Shown here piece after piece: positions 21,087 through 31,510 of a stretch of 64,000 bases of DNA. This DNA comes from Promethearchaeota archaeon (GTDB taxonomy: Archaea; Asgardarchaeota; Lokiarchaeia; Sigyniarchaeales; SOKP01): the NCBI GenBank assembly GCA_019058365.1, contig JAHPZE010000005.1, positions 1-64,000 on the forward strand. The letters run 5' to 3'. A model generated the notes under the pieces. That model was given only the letters and a program-made list of their open reading frames with translations, made no database searches and was not told where the DNA came from. Position numbers and translations under genes: made by a program. Within the stretch, counting starts at the first letter, position 1; each line of letters opens with the position of its first letter.

Positions 21087-21485
21087 TTATTTTTTGACAT
21101 GCGTTTTAATAAATTCGACAATATCCGAAGTCATTGAACCTGGACCGTATATATTGGCAACACCCATTTCTTTTAATTTTGGAAAATCTTTTGCGGGAAC
21201 TACTCCACCAACAAGTATCATAATATTTTCCAGAACACCCCGTTGTTTTAAGAGGTCAATGACTTGTTGAGTATAAGCAAAATGAGCTCCAGAATGAATA
21301 CTTAGTCCTATGACATCAACATCTTCTTGAATTGCAGATTCAACAATTTGTTCTACATTTTGAAATCCTCCGAAAATTAACTCCATCCCAGCATCTCTAA
21401 TAGCTCTTGAAACTACGATTCCTCCACGCCAATGGCCATCAATACCTGGTTTAGACATTAAAACTCTTATTTTTCTCTCGCTCAT
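21087..21485 (-). CDS. Acyl-CoA mutase cobalamin-binding small subunit
   Basis: KPGIDGHWRG (DxHxxG), IGLSIHSG and GGVVP. ATG at 21485 has a GAGGTG RBS upstream. Confidence 0.92.
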   Translation of the reverse strand: MSERKIRVLMSKPGIDGHWRGGIVVSRAIRDAGMELIFGGFQNVEQIVESAIQEDVDVIGLSIHSGAHFAYTQQVIDLLKQRGVLENIMILVGGVVPAKDFPKLKEMGVANIYGPGSMTSDIVEFIKTHVKK

Positions 21486-21502
21486 GTTAAGCACCTCATT
21501 AG

Positions 21503-23179
21503 TTAGATTGCCAATGGAGGATCCCAAGTTCCCCAGATTTCCCGGTAAATATTACAAACTTCTCCGACAGTTGCTCCTTCCCTTGTTGCTTCCATGACTA
21601 CAGGCATGACATTTTCTTCTTTCTCACAGACATCTCGCAGCTTGTCTAAAATTTTCTCTAATTTTGCATTATCCCTTCGAGCTTTTAGTTTTTCAATTCG
21701 ACGGACTTCAATATTTATTGCCTTTTCATTAGTTCTAAAAACGTCTGTGACTGTATCATAAGGTACCGTATATTTATTTACTCCAAGCATTATTTCGTCT
21801 CCATTCTCGATCTTCATTCGCCGTCTATGAAAAGCATCCCTCATCTCTTTATATAAAAAGCCTGTAGAGAGAGCCTTATCAATAGTACCAACTTTTTGGA
21901 TTCTATCAATATATTTCCATACCCTTTCTTCTACTTCATCTGTTAACCATTCGATAAAGTATGACCCAGCCAGAGGATCAATAGTATTATGGATTCTAGA
22001 TTCATCTGATATTACTTGTTGAGTTCTTAAAGCAACTAAAGCTGCTTCTTCAGAAGGTAGACAAATAGCTTCATCATATGAATTCGTATGTAAAGATTGA
22101 CATCCTCCTAAGTTTGCTTCTAAAGCTTGAATTGCAGTTCTTACTATATTGATTTTAGGCGATTGTGCTGTTAAAGAAGATCCCGCAGTCTGTACATGGA
22201 AACGAAAACCTAGATTCCTTGGATCCTTAACTTCATATTTATCTTTCATTAATTTATACCATATTCTTCTTGCGGCCCTAAATTTAGCAATTTCTTCAAA
22301 AAAGTCTTTATGTGCAGCTAAATGAAAAGCTAAACGGCCTACAAAATCATCAGCTTTCCATCCTCTTTCTATCAAATTATCAATATGAGAACTCGCACTT
22401 GCAAATACAAAAGCTAATTCTTGAACTGCGTCAATTCCTCCTTCTCTATAATTGTATCCCGTGAAGTTTATTGGATGCCATTTGGGGACATTTTTTTGAG
22501 CTACTGTCCATTCGATGAAATCACAAGCTAAGCGAAGTATGTGATTAGGAGGACTATTCTTATAGGGGATATATCCAACCGTCATAGTTAATATATCATT
22601 TTGAGTTGTTCCCATTAAATTTTTAATATCATAACCCCGCATTTTCGCCATATTAAAATACATAGAGCAAACGGGAGCAGAAGTGAAAGGTTCTACTACT
22701 AAAGCTACACTAATTTTGTCTATTGGAATATCTTCAGTTAATGCAAAGAGACTGTCAATACAATAAAGTGGTACACCAGATGTTCCCACCTCTGGTGCCC
22801 CGTCGGGTTCTGTGGGGTCAATTCCGTTGAAAGTTAATGCATCTACTGCAGCACTAAACCCAGTTTCACCATTTTCATAAAGAAATTTCCATCTCTTATT
22901 AGTTTCTTCAGGAGTTCCATGACCTGAAAATAATCTCATAGTCCATAAATGGCCTCTATACATAGAGGGGTAAACTCCACGTGTATATGGGGGTACTCCA
23001 GGAAAACTAATATTACTTACGTAATCTTTATCTTTTATATCTAAAGGAGTATAAAGGTTTTTAATTGGGATTTCAGAATCAGTGACAAATTTTACATCTC
23101 GTTCTTTCAAACTTTCATATAGTTTATCCCATTTTTCTTTTTCTTCTCTAACTTTTTCCAAATAATTTTTATCAAACAC
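21503..23179 (-). CDS. Acyl-CoA mutase large (substrate-binding) subunit, methylmalonyl-CoA mutase family, atypical specificity residues
   Basis: PYTRGVYP.MY, WTMRLFSG, EEIAKFRAARR, FHVQTAG and QSLHTNSYDEA. Confidence 0.93.
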   Translation of the reverse strand: MFDKNYLEKVREEKEKWDKLYESLKERDVKFVTDSEIPIKNLYTPLDIKDKDYVSNISFPGVPPYTRGVYPSMYRGHLWTMRLFSGHGTPEETNKRWKFLYENGETGFSAAVDALTFNGIDPTEPDGAPEVGTSGVPLYCIDSLFALTEDIPIDKISVALVVEPFTSAPVCSMYFNMAKMRGYDIKNLMGTTQNDILTMTVGYIPYKNSPPNHILRLACDFIEWTVAQKNVPKWHPINFTGYNYREGGIDAVQELAFVFASASSHIDNLIERGWKADDFVGRLAFHLAAHKDFFEEIAKFRAARRIWYKLMKDKYEVKDPRNLGFRFHVQTAGSSLTAQSPKINIVRTAIQALEANLGGCQSLHTNSYDEAICLPSEEAALVALRTQQVISDESRIHNTIDPLAGSYFIEWLTDEVEERVWKYIDRIQKVGTIDKALSTGFLYKEMRDAFHRRRMKIENGDEIMLGVNKYTVPYDTVTDVFRTNEKAINIEVRRIEKLKARRDNAKLEKILDKLRDVCEKEENVMPVVMEATREGATVGEVCNIYREIWGTWDPPLAI

Positions 23180-23346
23180 TCTTAAACCACGCTAATTAGT
23201 AAAATATACTTATGTAATTTAATAAAATATAGTTATAATAATTAACTAATCTTTTAGATGAGTTTCATTTTTAGCTTTGTTAGAGTCTCATGGAAAAATA
23301 ATAATAATAATTAAAGATGATCTCAGTATGACGTAAAAATATATAG

Positions 23347-23538
23347 TTAAAAAAACAAACTAAAAATAATGTATTTAAATACGATAGAAAGTCCCTTATA
23401 TTTCTTGAAAGTGCGTATTTAAATTCACGATATTTTGGCTTTGTTTATGAGAAAGAAGATGCTATAGAAGCCTTAAAAATTGTGGAAGAGGTAAAAGATC
23501 TTGTTGAAATTATTAGAGTCAATGAAACAAACAAATGA
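23347..23538 (+). pseudogene. C-terminal remnant of a HEPN-domain protein
   Basis: FLESAYLNSRYFGFVYEKEDAIEALKIVEEV. No start codon; overlaps the downstream MNT gene. Confidence 0.75.
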
Positions 23539-23863
23539 TATTATTAAAAATTACAGGACATATTTAAAAAGAATTCAGAAGAGTATAAAGATTATTTTAA
23601 AAAATTCTCAAATATTTTTATTTGGAAGTATAATTACAGGAAATTTAGTAGCTGGAAGTGATATAGATATTCTAATAATAGCAGATGTCCCAAAAATACA
23701 CTTAAAAAGAGCAGAAAAAATCGCAGAGATTGAGGAAAATGCAGGATTACCACTTAGTCATCCATTTGAATTTCATTTATTAACACAAGAAGAACTAAAT
23801 ACTTGGATTAAAATTTATAAGTTAAGGTTTGAAGATATCACGGAGTTTTTGGAAAGAATATAG
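23522..23863 (+). CDS. Minimal nucleotidyltransferase (MNT antitoxin-type)
   Basis: FLFGS...G...AGSDIDILI and PFEFHL. ATG at 23522 preferred over TTG at 23501. Confidence 0.88.
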   Translation: MKQTNDIIKNYRTYLKRIQKSIKIILKNSQIFLFGSIITGNLVAGSDIDILIIADVPKIHLKRAEKIAEIEENAGLPLSHPFEFHLLTQEELNTWIKIYKLRFEDITEFLERI

Positions 23864-23921
23864 TATTTTTCTAATTAGTTTTTCTTCAAATATAGAAAAA
23901 AACTCTCTATAAAACAAGACT

Positions 23922-24245
23922 ATGGGAAATAAAGTTAAAGAATATATAGAAAAACAGAAATCTCCTCAAAAGGAGATTTGTCATAAATTAAGAGATATTA
24001 TATTAAGTATATTTCCTGATATTAAAGAAGAAATGAAATACGGAGTTCCTTATTACGAAAATAAGTATTATATCGTTGCTTTAAAAACACATGTTAATCT
24101 GGGATTCTCAATTAAAGGGTTAACAAAAGAAGAGATATCTGTTTTTGAAGGGACAGGGAAAACAACAAAACATATTAAAATTAATACTATTGAAGATATA
24201 GATGAAATGAAGATCATAAAGCTATTAAAAATGGTAAAGGAATGA
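23922..24245 (+). CDS. DUF1801 (YdhG-like) protein
   Basis: V.EYI, LR.II, EEMKYGVPYY, HVNLGF and EGTGK..KHIK. Confidence 0.85.
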   Translation: MGNKVKEYIEKQKSPQKEICHKLRDIILSIFPDIKEEMKYGVPYYENKYYIVALKTHVNLGFSIKGLTKEEISVFEGTGKTTKHIKINTIEDIDEMKIIKLLKMVKE

Positions 24246-24259
24246 ATTGTGTAAAGAAT

Positions 24260-24806
24260 TTTGGCTTCAATTCACAGCTGAGAAAAATGATAAAGTCTTG
24301 AGCTTTTCTAATAATTTTGTGCAATCTTCAGCAAGAGCAGGGACATTAGTTACTGTATTAATATCGTTACTAGTACCTCCCCTTTCCCATGTCCATGATA
24401 ATCAAGAGCAACAACGTAAAAACCACGTTTAGAGAATTCTATCGGTATTTTGAGATCAAAATCACGCTGACTACCAATGCCATGACAATAAATAATCAAT
24501 GGTCTCTTTTCTTGAAAGGACAAAGATTTATCAGGATAATATAAATTCGCATATAATTTTGAACCTGCCGAGTAAAATTGCACTCTCTCGTATTTATTAT
24601 AACTTTGAGATTTATTAAAATCTAAAGCTATAAGTGTAAAAACCAATAATATGATTAAGAGTATAATTTTCTCAAGATTTTTCAGATCTTTACTATCAAC
24701 CTCTTCTTTAAAAAACGATGCAAGTTTTTGATACAGTTTATTTTTAATAGATGATAATCGAGTCTTTAGGTTTATGATTTCTTCATTTATTTATTAGAAT
24801 TGACAT
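24260..24806 (-). pseudogene. Truncated, frameshifted membrane-anchored alpha/beta hydrolase
   Basis: PLIIYCHGIG...GFYVVALDYHGHG, then a frameshift to GTSND..ALAEDCTKLLEKL..VN*, ending before the nucleophile elbow. Confidence 0.75.
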
Positions 24807-25086
24807 TTATTTAAGATACAATGAGTTATAATTATAATTTTGTTATAGCCATACTTAAATATTAATAATTTAATTATTTTTTAAAAGCCACTTTTAAAGT
24901 TCAATAACCAACTAAGGAGATTAGATTTTTTTATTTACAATTTGTTATTATTTCCTATCTTCCTTAACGAAATTATCTAGATTATCATTACTTTATAGAA
25001 AAGTTTTTTAGAAAATTCATTTGCTAATTAATTAAAAGAGATAATAAATTAGAGTTAATTTATTAAATTATTTTTTACTCCTAATT

Positions 25087-25176
25087 TTAAAATTTATTTT
25101 TTCCCGTTAATATTTTAAGAGATTGAACTGCTTCTTCGATATTATGAAAAACAGGGATGTTTGAGAGTTCTAATGC
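25087..25176 (-). pseudogene. Possible C-terminal remnant of an acyl-CoA synthetase (NDP-forming) alpha-like gene
   Basis: ALELSNIPVFHNIEEAVQSLKIL resembles the IPVF..xEEAVxAL terminus. Confidence 0.4.
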
Positions 25177-25361
25177 TTATATGATTAACCTATATTTATT
25201 GAATTATATATTTTCTTTTTATATAATTGATCTAAAAAATTTATTCTTGTCTATTTTATCCTGATATTTATTAATGATGAATTTAAAAACAATACATATC
25301 TATAAATAACTAACTTACACCATCTATCAGTTAGAATTATAAAAATAATTATCTTAATCTT

Positions 25362-26009
25362 ATGCAACCACAGGATATACTCGTATATTTAAGTTTAGCA
25401 GTCTCAATTGCGGTGCTTTTCATTATAATTTGGGACCATATCAAAGATGACAAGATTTTAGCGCGTGAAGTCCAAGATTTTTATAGTGATTTAGAGATGC
25501 TAATATTTACCAATCTCCAAGTGAAATATTATGAAATACTCCAAACTAACAAAGGAGAAATGGAAGACCAAGAACTAAAAACATTAATAAAAAATAAGAA
25601 TCGAGATGTAATACAAAAAAATTATCTAAATGCTAAGATAACTCAAAATTTTAAGTTATACTCCCAATATATCGGATTAACTCATAATAAGGAAAATGAT
25701 GCCTATTTAAATGGAACAATCTATATATTAAAAACGGATGGTAGTTTATTGAAAAGAAATATTGAATCTAATACCGAGGAAAATATAATAACTTCATATA
25801 CAGAAATTAAACCTCAACAAATTACAGAAATATTAGTGTATCTTAATAGCTTACGTTTCTATTGGAAAAAAAAATATTATAAGTTTGTTTTTCGCCCCCA
25901 ATTGAAACAATTAGTGGTTTTTGAAGATTTATTAAGTTTCATAAAACCGTTGGAACAACAAAAACCGAAACATTTAAGGAGAATTCGAAGAAAGTTGAAT
26001 AATGTATAA
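25362..26009 (+). CDS. Hypothetical protein with single N-terminal TM helix
   Basis: 215-aa ORF with a hydrophobic N-terminus. Confidence 0.7.
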   Translation: MQPQDILVYLSLAVSIAVLFIIIWDHIKDDKILAREVQDFYSDLEMLIFTNLQVKYYEILQTNKGEMEDQELKTLIKNKNRDVIQKNYLNAKITQNFKLYSQYIGLTHNKENDAYLNGTIYILKTDGSLLKRNIESNTEENIITSYTEIKPQQITEILVYLNSLRFYWKKKYYKFVFRPQLKQLVVFEDLLSFIKPLEQQKPKHLRRIRRKLNNV

Positions 26010-26109
26010 TTAAAAGCCACAGATTATTAATTTCTTATTCCAAATTAGTTATACTTACTTGTTTTTTACGTTTCTAACAAATTAATTTACTTTTTAATTC
26101 CAATTAATC

Positions 26110-26313
26110 TTCACAACACGGAAAATCTTAGAAAAACCTAGTTATATCACAGCTTCAACATGAGCGTTTATTATCAATATTGTAATAATTATGATAGAAT
26201 TACACTATCGTTTACATGAAATTACTGGAACTTTCATGTTAATATTTCTTCCACCTGCAGCAGTTTTCTTTTTGCTTATCTATATTAACTATAAAATATC
26301 TCCATATGATTAA
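26110..26313 (+). pseudogene. 3' remnant paralog of the membrane protein gene at 34165-34878
   Basis: FTTRKILEKPSYITAST*AFIINI..IELHYRLHEITG..FLPPAAVF..NYKISPYD*, with one internal TGA. Confidence 0.9.
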
Positions 26314-26513
26314 TTTATCTTAAAAAACCTTTTTCTCTTACATTTTTTTATTTTTTCGGGTATATTTTTAGAAATTTAAAAGTTTTTGACACATTTTTCA
26401 CAAAAAATTTAAAAATAAAGCAATTAGATTACTCTATATTTAGAATAGATAAAAAGAATATCATCCTTATCTTATACGAATTATTAGAGTGTGAATTATA
26501 TAAAATATGAAAT

Positions 26514-27149
26514 TTGTCAGAAATGAATAATATTAAAACAATAATCTTTGATTTAGGAGGAGTTTATTTTACCCCGGGATCTTTTTTAGCAATTGAAAAA
26601 ATTAGAGAAATTTATGACATTAAAAATGAAAAATTACTCCGGGAAATTTTTAGTGATAAACCAAATTCAGAAGGTAATTTGTTAAGGAGAGGCTTAATGA
26701 CTATTGATGAGTTTGAAGAAAAATTATTTTCAAAATTAGAAATTAACAAAAAAGAAAAAAAACATACTCGATATATATGGTTTGGATCTTATTGTATTCA
26801 TTATGGCATTGAAGAGTTAATAAAAGTATTAAAAAAAGAATATAGACTGCTAATTTTCAGTGGAAATGTAAGAGAACGTATCGAATATCTCGATAAAAAA
26901 AGTGATTTTTTAAAATATTTTGATGATACTATATTTAGCTTTGATTATCAAAAAAATAAAGATGATATTGAGTTCTATGAAGAACTAATCGAACATATAG
27001 AATGTGAACCATCAGAAGCAATATTAATTGATGATGAGAAGAAAAACATAAAGATTGCTAGATCTTTAGGTTTTAAAGGAATCCATTATTACTATACAGA
27101 AAAATTAATAGAAGATCTTAAGAATTATGATATTTTTGTAAATATCTAA
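26514..27149 (+). CDS. HAD-superfamily hydrolase
   Basis: IIFDLGGV, FSGN and LIDD...NI..A..LG motifs. Confidence 0.85.
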   Translation: MSEMNNIKTIIFDLGGVYFTPGSFLAIEKIREIYDIKNEKLLREIFSDKPNSEGNLLRRGLMTIDEFEEKLFSKLEINKKEKKHTRYIWFGSYCIHYGIEELIKVLKKEYRLLIFSGNVRERIEYLDKKSDFLKYFDDTIFSFDYQKNKDDIEFYEELIEHIECEPSEAILIDDEKKNIKIARSLGFKGIHYYYTEKLIEDLKNYDIFVNI

Positions 27150-27190
27150 AATATTTTACTTTTTTATTAGACATTATTAATTATTTAGAA

Positions 27191-27244
27191 GGATTTTTCT
27201 TCTTATTAATTAACATAAATTATAAAATGTCTCCATATGAGTAA
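27191..27244 (+). pseudogene. Second, shorter 3' remnant of the 34165-34878 family
   Basis: GFFFLLININYKMSPYE* versus VFLLLIYVNYKISPYD*. Confidence 0.7.
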
Positions 27245-27292
27245 TTCTTCTCAAGTATATAAACCAATTCAATTAAATATCCCTATTTCCTT

Positions 27293-28213
27293 TCATTTAG
27301 ATGTAATCTTATAAATTATATTATAAACGTCTTTTGCAAATTTCGGTTGAAAATCAAAAATTTTCTGCGGACTGAATGTCAATATACGAAATTTGACAAT
27401 GATACTTAAATTATAACTTACAACATCGAATTGAGGTTTAATCCTAAAGATATTTTTTTGATTGTATAAATCACAAATTTCTGCAACATTATTCATCATT
27501 ATTCGAAATCCTTTATAAGGAAAAGCCATTCTAAATGTAAAATTGTACAACTTTGGATAGTTTTTAGTCAAAAAGGAATCGTATATTTTTTTTAAACTAT
27601 TTTCAAACTCTTTTTTAGAATCCGGAGCGTCTTCATAAATATCTTTGAATCCTTTATCCTGAGGAGCTAGGATCTTCCTTTTAAAATCTTCAAAAGACTT
27701 TTTTTTACCAAGTTTAATTGTATAATTAACAATTTTTAAAGAAAGTACTTGATTATTAGACTTTTCAATTATGATATTATCAAATGTTTCTAATTTCATC
27801 TTTGTTAAATTAATTTCTCTTACAATTCCTTTATCTCCTTCGATTTTAATCAAATCACCCACTTCAAAGGGTCTTACTAACATTAAGACAATCCCTGAAA
27901 TAAAATTTGCAAATATACCGCTAGATGCAAATGCAATCGCAGTACTAATTGCTCCAGTAAGTACTGCTGTGTACGTAGGGTCTATTTTAGAAAATGTAGG
28001 AAATCCTTCAATAATAAAAAATACTATTATAAGAACTGTAGCAATTTTTAAAATGAAATTTACAATAGTTTTTTGCTTTTGAGGAATTTTTTTGCTCTTC
28101 CCGAAGGTTGAAGAGATTAATTTATTTAATAAATATAAACCAGCTCCAATAATTAAAAGATATATAAATGCTTCTGGGTCTGAACTAAATATTGGCGTTT
28201 TTATTTTAATCAA
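27293..28213 (-). CDS. mscS: Small-conductance mechanosensitive channel family protein
   Basis: AIAFAS..IFANFISG...RPFEVGDLI...G.V.EI.L. Confidence 0.85.
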   Translation of the reverse strand: MIKIKTPIFSSDPEAFIYLLIIGAGLYLLNKLISSTFGKSKKIPQKQKTIVNFILKIATVLIIVFFIIEGFPTFSKIDPTYTAVLTGAISTAIAFASSGIFANFISGIVLMLVRPFEVGDLIKIEGDKGIVREINLTKMKLETFDNIIIEKSNNQVLSLKIVNYTIKLGKKKSFEDFKRKILAPQDKGFKDIYEDAPDSKKEFENSLKKIYDSFLTKNYPKLYNFTFRMAFPYKGFRIMMNNVAEICDLYNQKNIFRIKPQFDVVSYNLSIIVKFRILTFSPQKIFDFQPKFAKDVYNIIYKITSK

Positions 28214-29123
28214 CCTTTAGGATATTTCTCGAATTTTTTTTATCGGCAGGGTTCGATCCATAATTTATGTCTGGTTCATAGATCTTAAAAAGAATATCTT
28301 TCAATAAAGGATCTGTATATGTTAAGATTAATTGTGGATCCTCTGTAATAATTTGTAGAGTAATACTTAATCGATTTGGGACCCCACTGACTGTATTATT
28401 AGCATAGAAAAAAGGTCTTTCTCCAAAAAGGGCTTCATACTTATCAAATATAGGATTTAATAATACTTCAAGTTTCTCTGAATCTACTGACCCTAAAAGT
28501 TCTACTACCCTAACATAACGTGTAATTTTTTTTTCACTAATTATTAACTTACCAATTTTTTTCACTACTACCGAAATATTTATTTTCTTTTCTTTTTTAA
28601 TAGGTTTGTGAGTATAACGAACTACAGACGAGTTAAACGCAAGCTTATTGGGAATATAAGTGATAGAACCATCAAAATCTTCTAATTTCAAATTATTTAA
28701 TGAAATTTCTTTAACAATACCAACAACTCCATTTGTTTCAATTAAATCACCTGCTTCAAAACCTTCTGATGATAAGAGCATTATCCCTGAAGCGATATTA
28801 TTTATAATATTTTGAAAAGTTAAGGATACTGAGACTACTAAAAATGATATTATTGCCACAAAATAAATCGGTGAAATAATAAAAATCAACCAAAATGGAA
28901 ATATTAACCATAAAATGTTTATTATTATCATGAATATATAACGAATAAACAAATTTTTAATCAAACTCTGAGATACGTCAATGAATATTGATCTTACCAC
29001 ATAAGCAGCAATATTCAAAAGTACTATATTTACGTATAAATTCTTAAAGCCAAAATAAAAATATATTAAGATAAAAATTCCAATAAACGATATCCAGATG
29101 GTTATTTTATAAACTTGTTTCAT
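28206..29123 (-). CDS. mscS: Small-conductance mechanosensitive channel family protein
   Basis: FQNIINNIASG...FEAGDLI...G.V.EI.L...DG...YIPN. Confidence 0.85.
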   Translation of the reverse strand: MKQVYKITIWISFIGIFILIYFYFGFKNLYVNIVLLNIAAYVVRSIFIDVSQSLIKNLFIRYIFMIIINILWLIFPFWLIFIISPIYFVAIISFLVVSVSLTFQNIINNIASGIMLLSSEGFEAGDLIETNGVVGIVKEISLNNLKLEDFDGSITYIPNKLAFNSSVVRYTHKPIKKEKKINISVVVKKIGKLIISEKKITRYVRVVELLGSVDSEKLEVLLNPIFDKYEALFGERPFFYANNTVSGVPNRLSITLQIITEDPQLILTYTDPLLKDILFKIYEPDINYGSNPADKKNSRNILKVD

Positions 29124-29266
29124 AAGAAAAGAGGTGACTCCAATACTTCTATTATTCTATGAATTAAACTTCATAATTAAAAAAGATATAAGAAAACTTT
29201 TATTTTAAAAGTTAGTCTATTAAATTATTGTTTAAAATATTCTTTATAGTATTTAAGTGAAATAAT

Positions 29267-30358
29267 TTGAGGAGAGTTTCAAGACCTGTAAGAAATGCAA
29301 TCCATTCAAGTGAAAAGAAAAAAAAATCTGGTCTTCCTCCAGGTACTCTCATTTATACAGGAGATAAAGTAAAAGAAAAGACTAAAATTAAAGTAACTGA
29401 TTATACTTCCGATCGTTTTAATTCAGAGGAATTTAAAGAGATTCAGATAGACCTTACTAAAATTGAAAAACCTTTCATTAAATGGATTGACATATACGGT
29501 CTTACACAAATAAAAGTTATTGAAGAGATTGGTCGTCAATTTAATTTGCATCCTCTTGTTCTAGAAGATATTTTAAGCCCAAATCAAACGCCTAAATTAG
29601 AGGATTTTGGGAATTATATTTTTGCAGTTCTACAAAAGTTAAGTTGGAATCAAGAAAAAGAAGATTTTGATTATGAGCAAATAAGTTTAATATTAGGAAA
29701 GAATTATGTAATTTCATTTCAAGAGCGGGATACTAACCTGTTTAATCCTATTTACGAGAGGATTCATGTTCCAAAAGGAAAAGTTCGAGTAATGGGGGCA
29801 GATTACCTATTTTATGTTTTAATTGACATTATAATTGATGACTATTTTATTGTAATAGAAAAAGTAGGCGAGGATATAGAAAATATTGAAGATATTTTAA
29901 TAAAAAATCCTGAACCCGCTACTCTACAAAATATATATCGATTGAAAAGATCTTCTATTGAATTGAGAAAATCAATATGGCCAATAAGAGAAGTAATTAA
30001 TAAATTACAACGAGAACAATCAAATCTAATCGGTGATGAATTGCATATATATCTAAGAGATATATATGATCATATTTTTAGAATTAGTGATCTATTAGAA
30101 AATTATCGGGACATCATTTTTGGGATGTTAGATATGTATTTATCAAGCGTTAGCAATAGAATGAATGATATCATGAAAGTTTTAACAATTATTTCAACAA
30201 TTTTTATCCCTATATCATTTTTAGCAGGTTTTTACGGCATGAATTTTCATTACATGCCTGAACTATCAAAACCAATGGCGTATCCGATCCTAATAATGAT
30301 AATGGCTTCAATAGCTCTTGTAATGTTGTATTTCTTTAAAAGAAAAAAATGGATATAA
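29267..30358 (+). CDS. corA: Mg/Co transporter CorA
   Basis: GLPPGTL, LHPLVLEDI, MKVLTII and GFYGMNF signature. Confidence 0.96.
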   Translation: MRRVSRPVRNAIHSSEKKKKSGLPPGTLIYTGDKVKEKTKIKVTDYTSDRFNSEEFKEIQIDLTKIEKPFIKWIDIYGLTQIKVIEEIGRQFNLHPLVLEDILSPNQTPKLEDFGNYIFAVLQKLSWNQEKEDFDYEQISLILGKNYVISFQERDTNLFNPIYERIHVPKGKVRVMGADYLFYVLIDIIIDDYFIVIEKVGEDIENIEDILIKNPEPATLQNIYRLKRSSIELRKSIWPIREVINKLQREQSNLIGDELHIYLRDIYDHIFRISDLLENYRDIIFGMLDMYLSSVSNRMNDIMKVLTIISTIFIPISFLAGFYGMNFHYMPELSKPMAYPILIMIMASIALVMLYFFKRKKWI

Positions 30359-30404
30359 AAAAGTAAAAGACAACTTTTTTACATTTATAATAACTATATT
30401 TAAT

Positions 30405-31073
30405 TTATCCTGCTATAACAACACCAGGATGTCTAATTTTTTCTCTTTCAGCAAATATCAATGAAAGTTCCTTCTTTAAATCAGCCAGTTTATTTTCTTT
30501 TTTTCTTACATCTTTTTCCTTTTCCAATACATCATCTTTCTGTTTTAATAGTATCTTTTTTTGGTTATCTGCATTATTTTTAGCTTTCAAAATTTTATCT
30601 TCAGAAGCGTTTGCTCGAGCAACTTTTAAATAAGTAGTTTGCTTATTAGCTAATTTTTCTCGTGCTTTCGCAACATCCAATTTTTCTTTAGCTAATTTTA
30701 ATTTTTGCTCAGCAATTTGTTTCTCTACTAATGCAATTTTTTTGTTAATTTCAGCAACTTCCTTTTGATTTTTTGCTATCTTCTCATTATAAATTGCATA
30801 ATTATTTTCAATTCTTAGTTCTTCATCCGAAAAATCTAAAATATGATTTTTATTAATTTCTGTTTTTTCTTCCGCCAAAACTTTTCTTTTAATCGCTAAA
30901 TCTTTTTTTATTTCAGCGAGATCATATTCAATTTTTAATAAAGTTTCTCTAGCTTTTGCTTTTTTAATTTCAGTTAAAGCATTAGTTTTTTGTTTTTGGG
31001 CTAGTTCTTTTTCAGAGAGGGCTATTTTACGATTGTGTTGCGCTTCCTTTTCAATTTGTGTTAAATTTTCCAT
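30405..31073 (-). CDS. ~220-aa coiled-coil protein (paralog A)
   Basis: K/E/A-rich heptads. Shares KAKARE.L, IYNEKIA and KLADLKKELS...EREKIR with 37077 and 40455. Confidence 0.85.
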   Translation of the reverse strand: MENLTQIEKEAQHNRKIALSEKELAQKQKTNALTEIKKAKARETLLKIEYDLAEIKKDLAIKRKVLAEEKTEINKNHILDFSDEELRIENNYAIYNEKIAKNQKEVAEINKKIALVEKQIAEQKLKLAKEKLDVAKAREKLANKQTTYLKVARANASEDKILKAKNNADNQKKILLKQKDDVLEKEKDVRKKENKLADLKKELSLIFAEREKIRHPGVVIAG

Positions 31074-31347
31074 ATCTTTTTACCTTTAAAACGAGATGTA
31101 AAAAATGAATTTATAAACATATTTTAGCAAGTTAAAATCGTATTTAAATTTAATCTGTTTATAATTATTGTATTGATTTTAGACACATCTTACCTTCAAA
31201 TATATTTAGAAAAAATATTAATGTGTTTAATCTTTTCTTACTCATTTAAGATAATTTCTCTTTTAAAGAAGTTATACTAAACTCCCTTTTTTTATTGATA
31301 TCTTTATTTTCTGAACTTTTTTGAAATTTTCTGCTTTTTGTATAATT

Positions 31348-31431
31348 CTATTTAAATTTTACCTCTAAATGAATTAAATTTGAGGTTTTTTCTTCCTGCA
31401 ATCCTCTAAACATATAATTTTTATCTCGCAT
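31348..31431 (-). pseudogene. Internally deleted 3' remnant of a paralog of the RHH protein at 36063-36632
   Basis: MRDKNYMFRGLQ-EEKTSNLIHLEVKFK* versus IRDNIFIFRGLH...EEKTSNLIHLEFKFT*. Confidence 0.8.
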
Positions 31432-31510
31432 CAAAAAATAGATAAAGGAATTGATGGGAAAAAAGAAAGAATTTACATATTATAAGATTTAAGATATTTT
31501 TATTAAAAAA

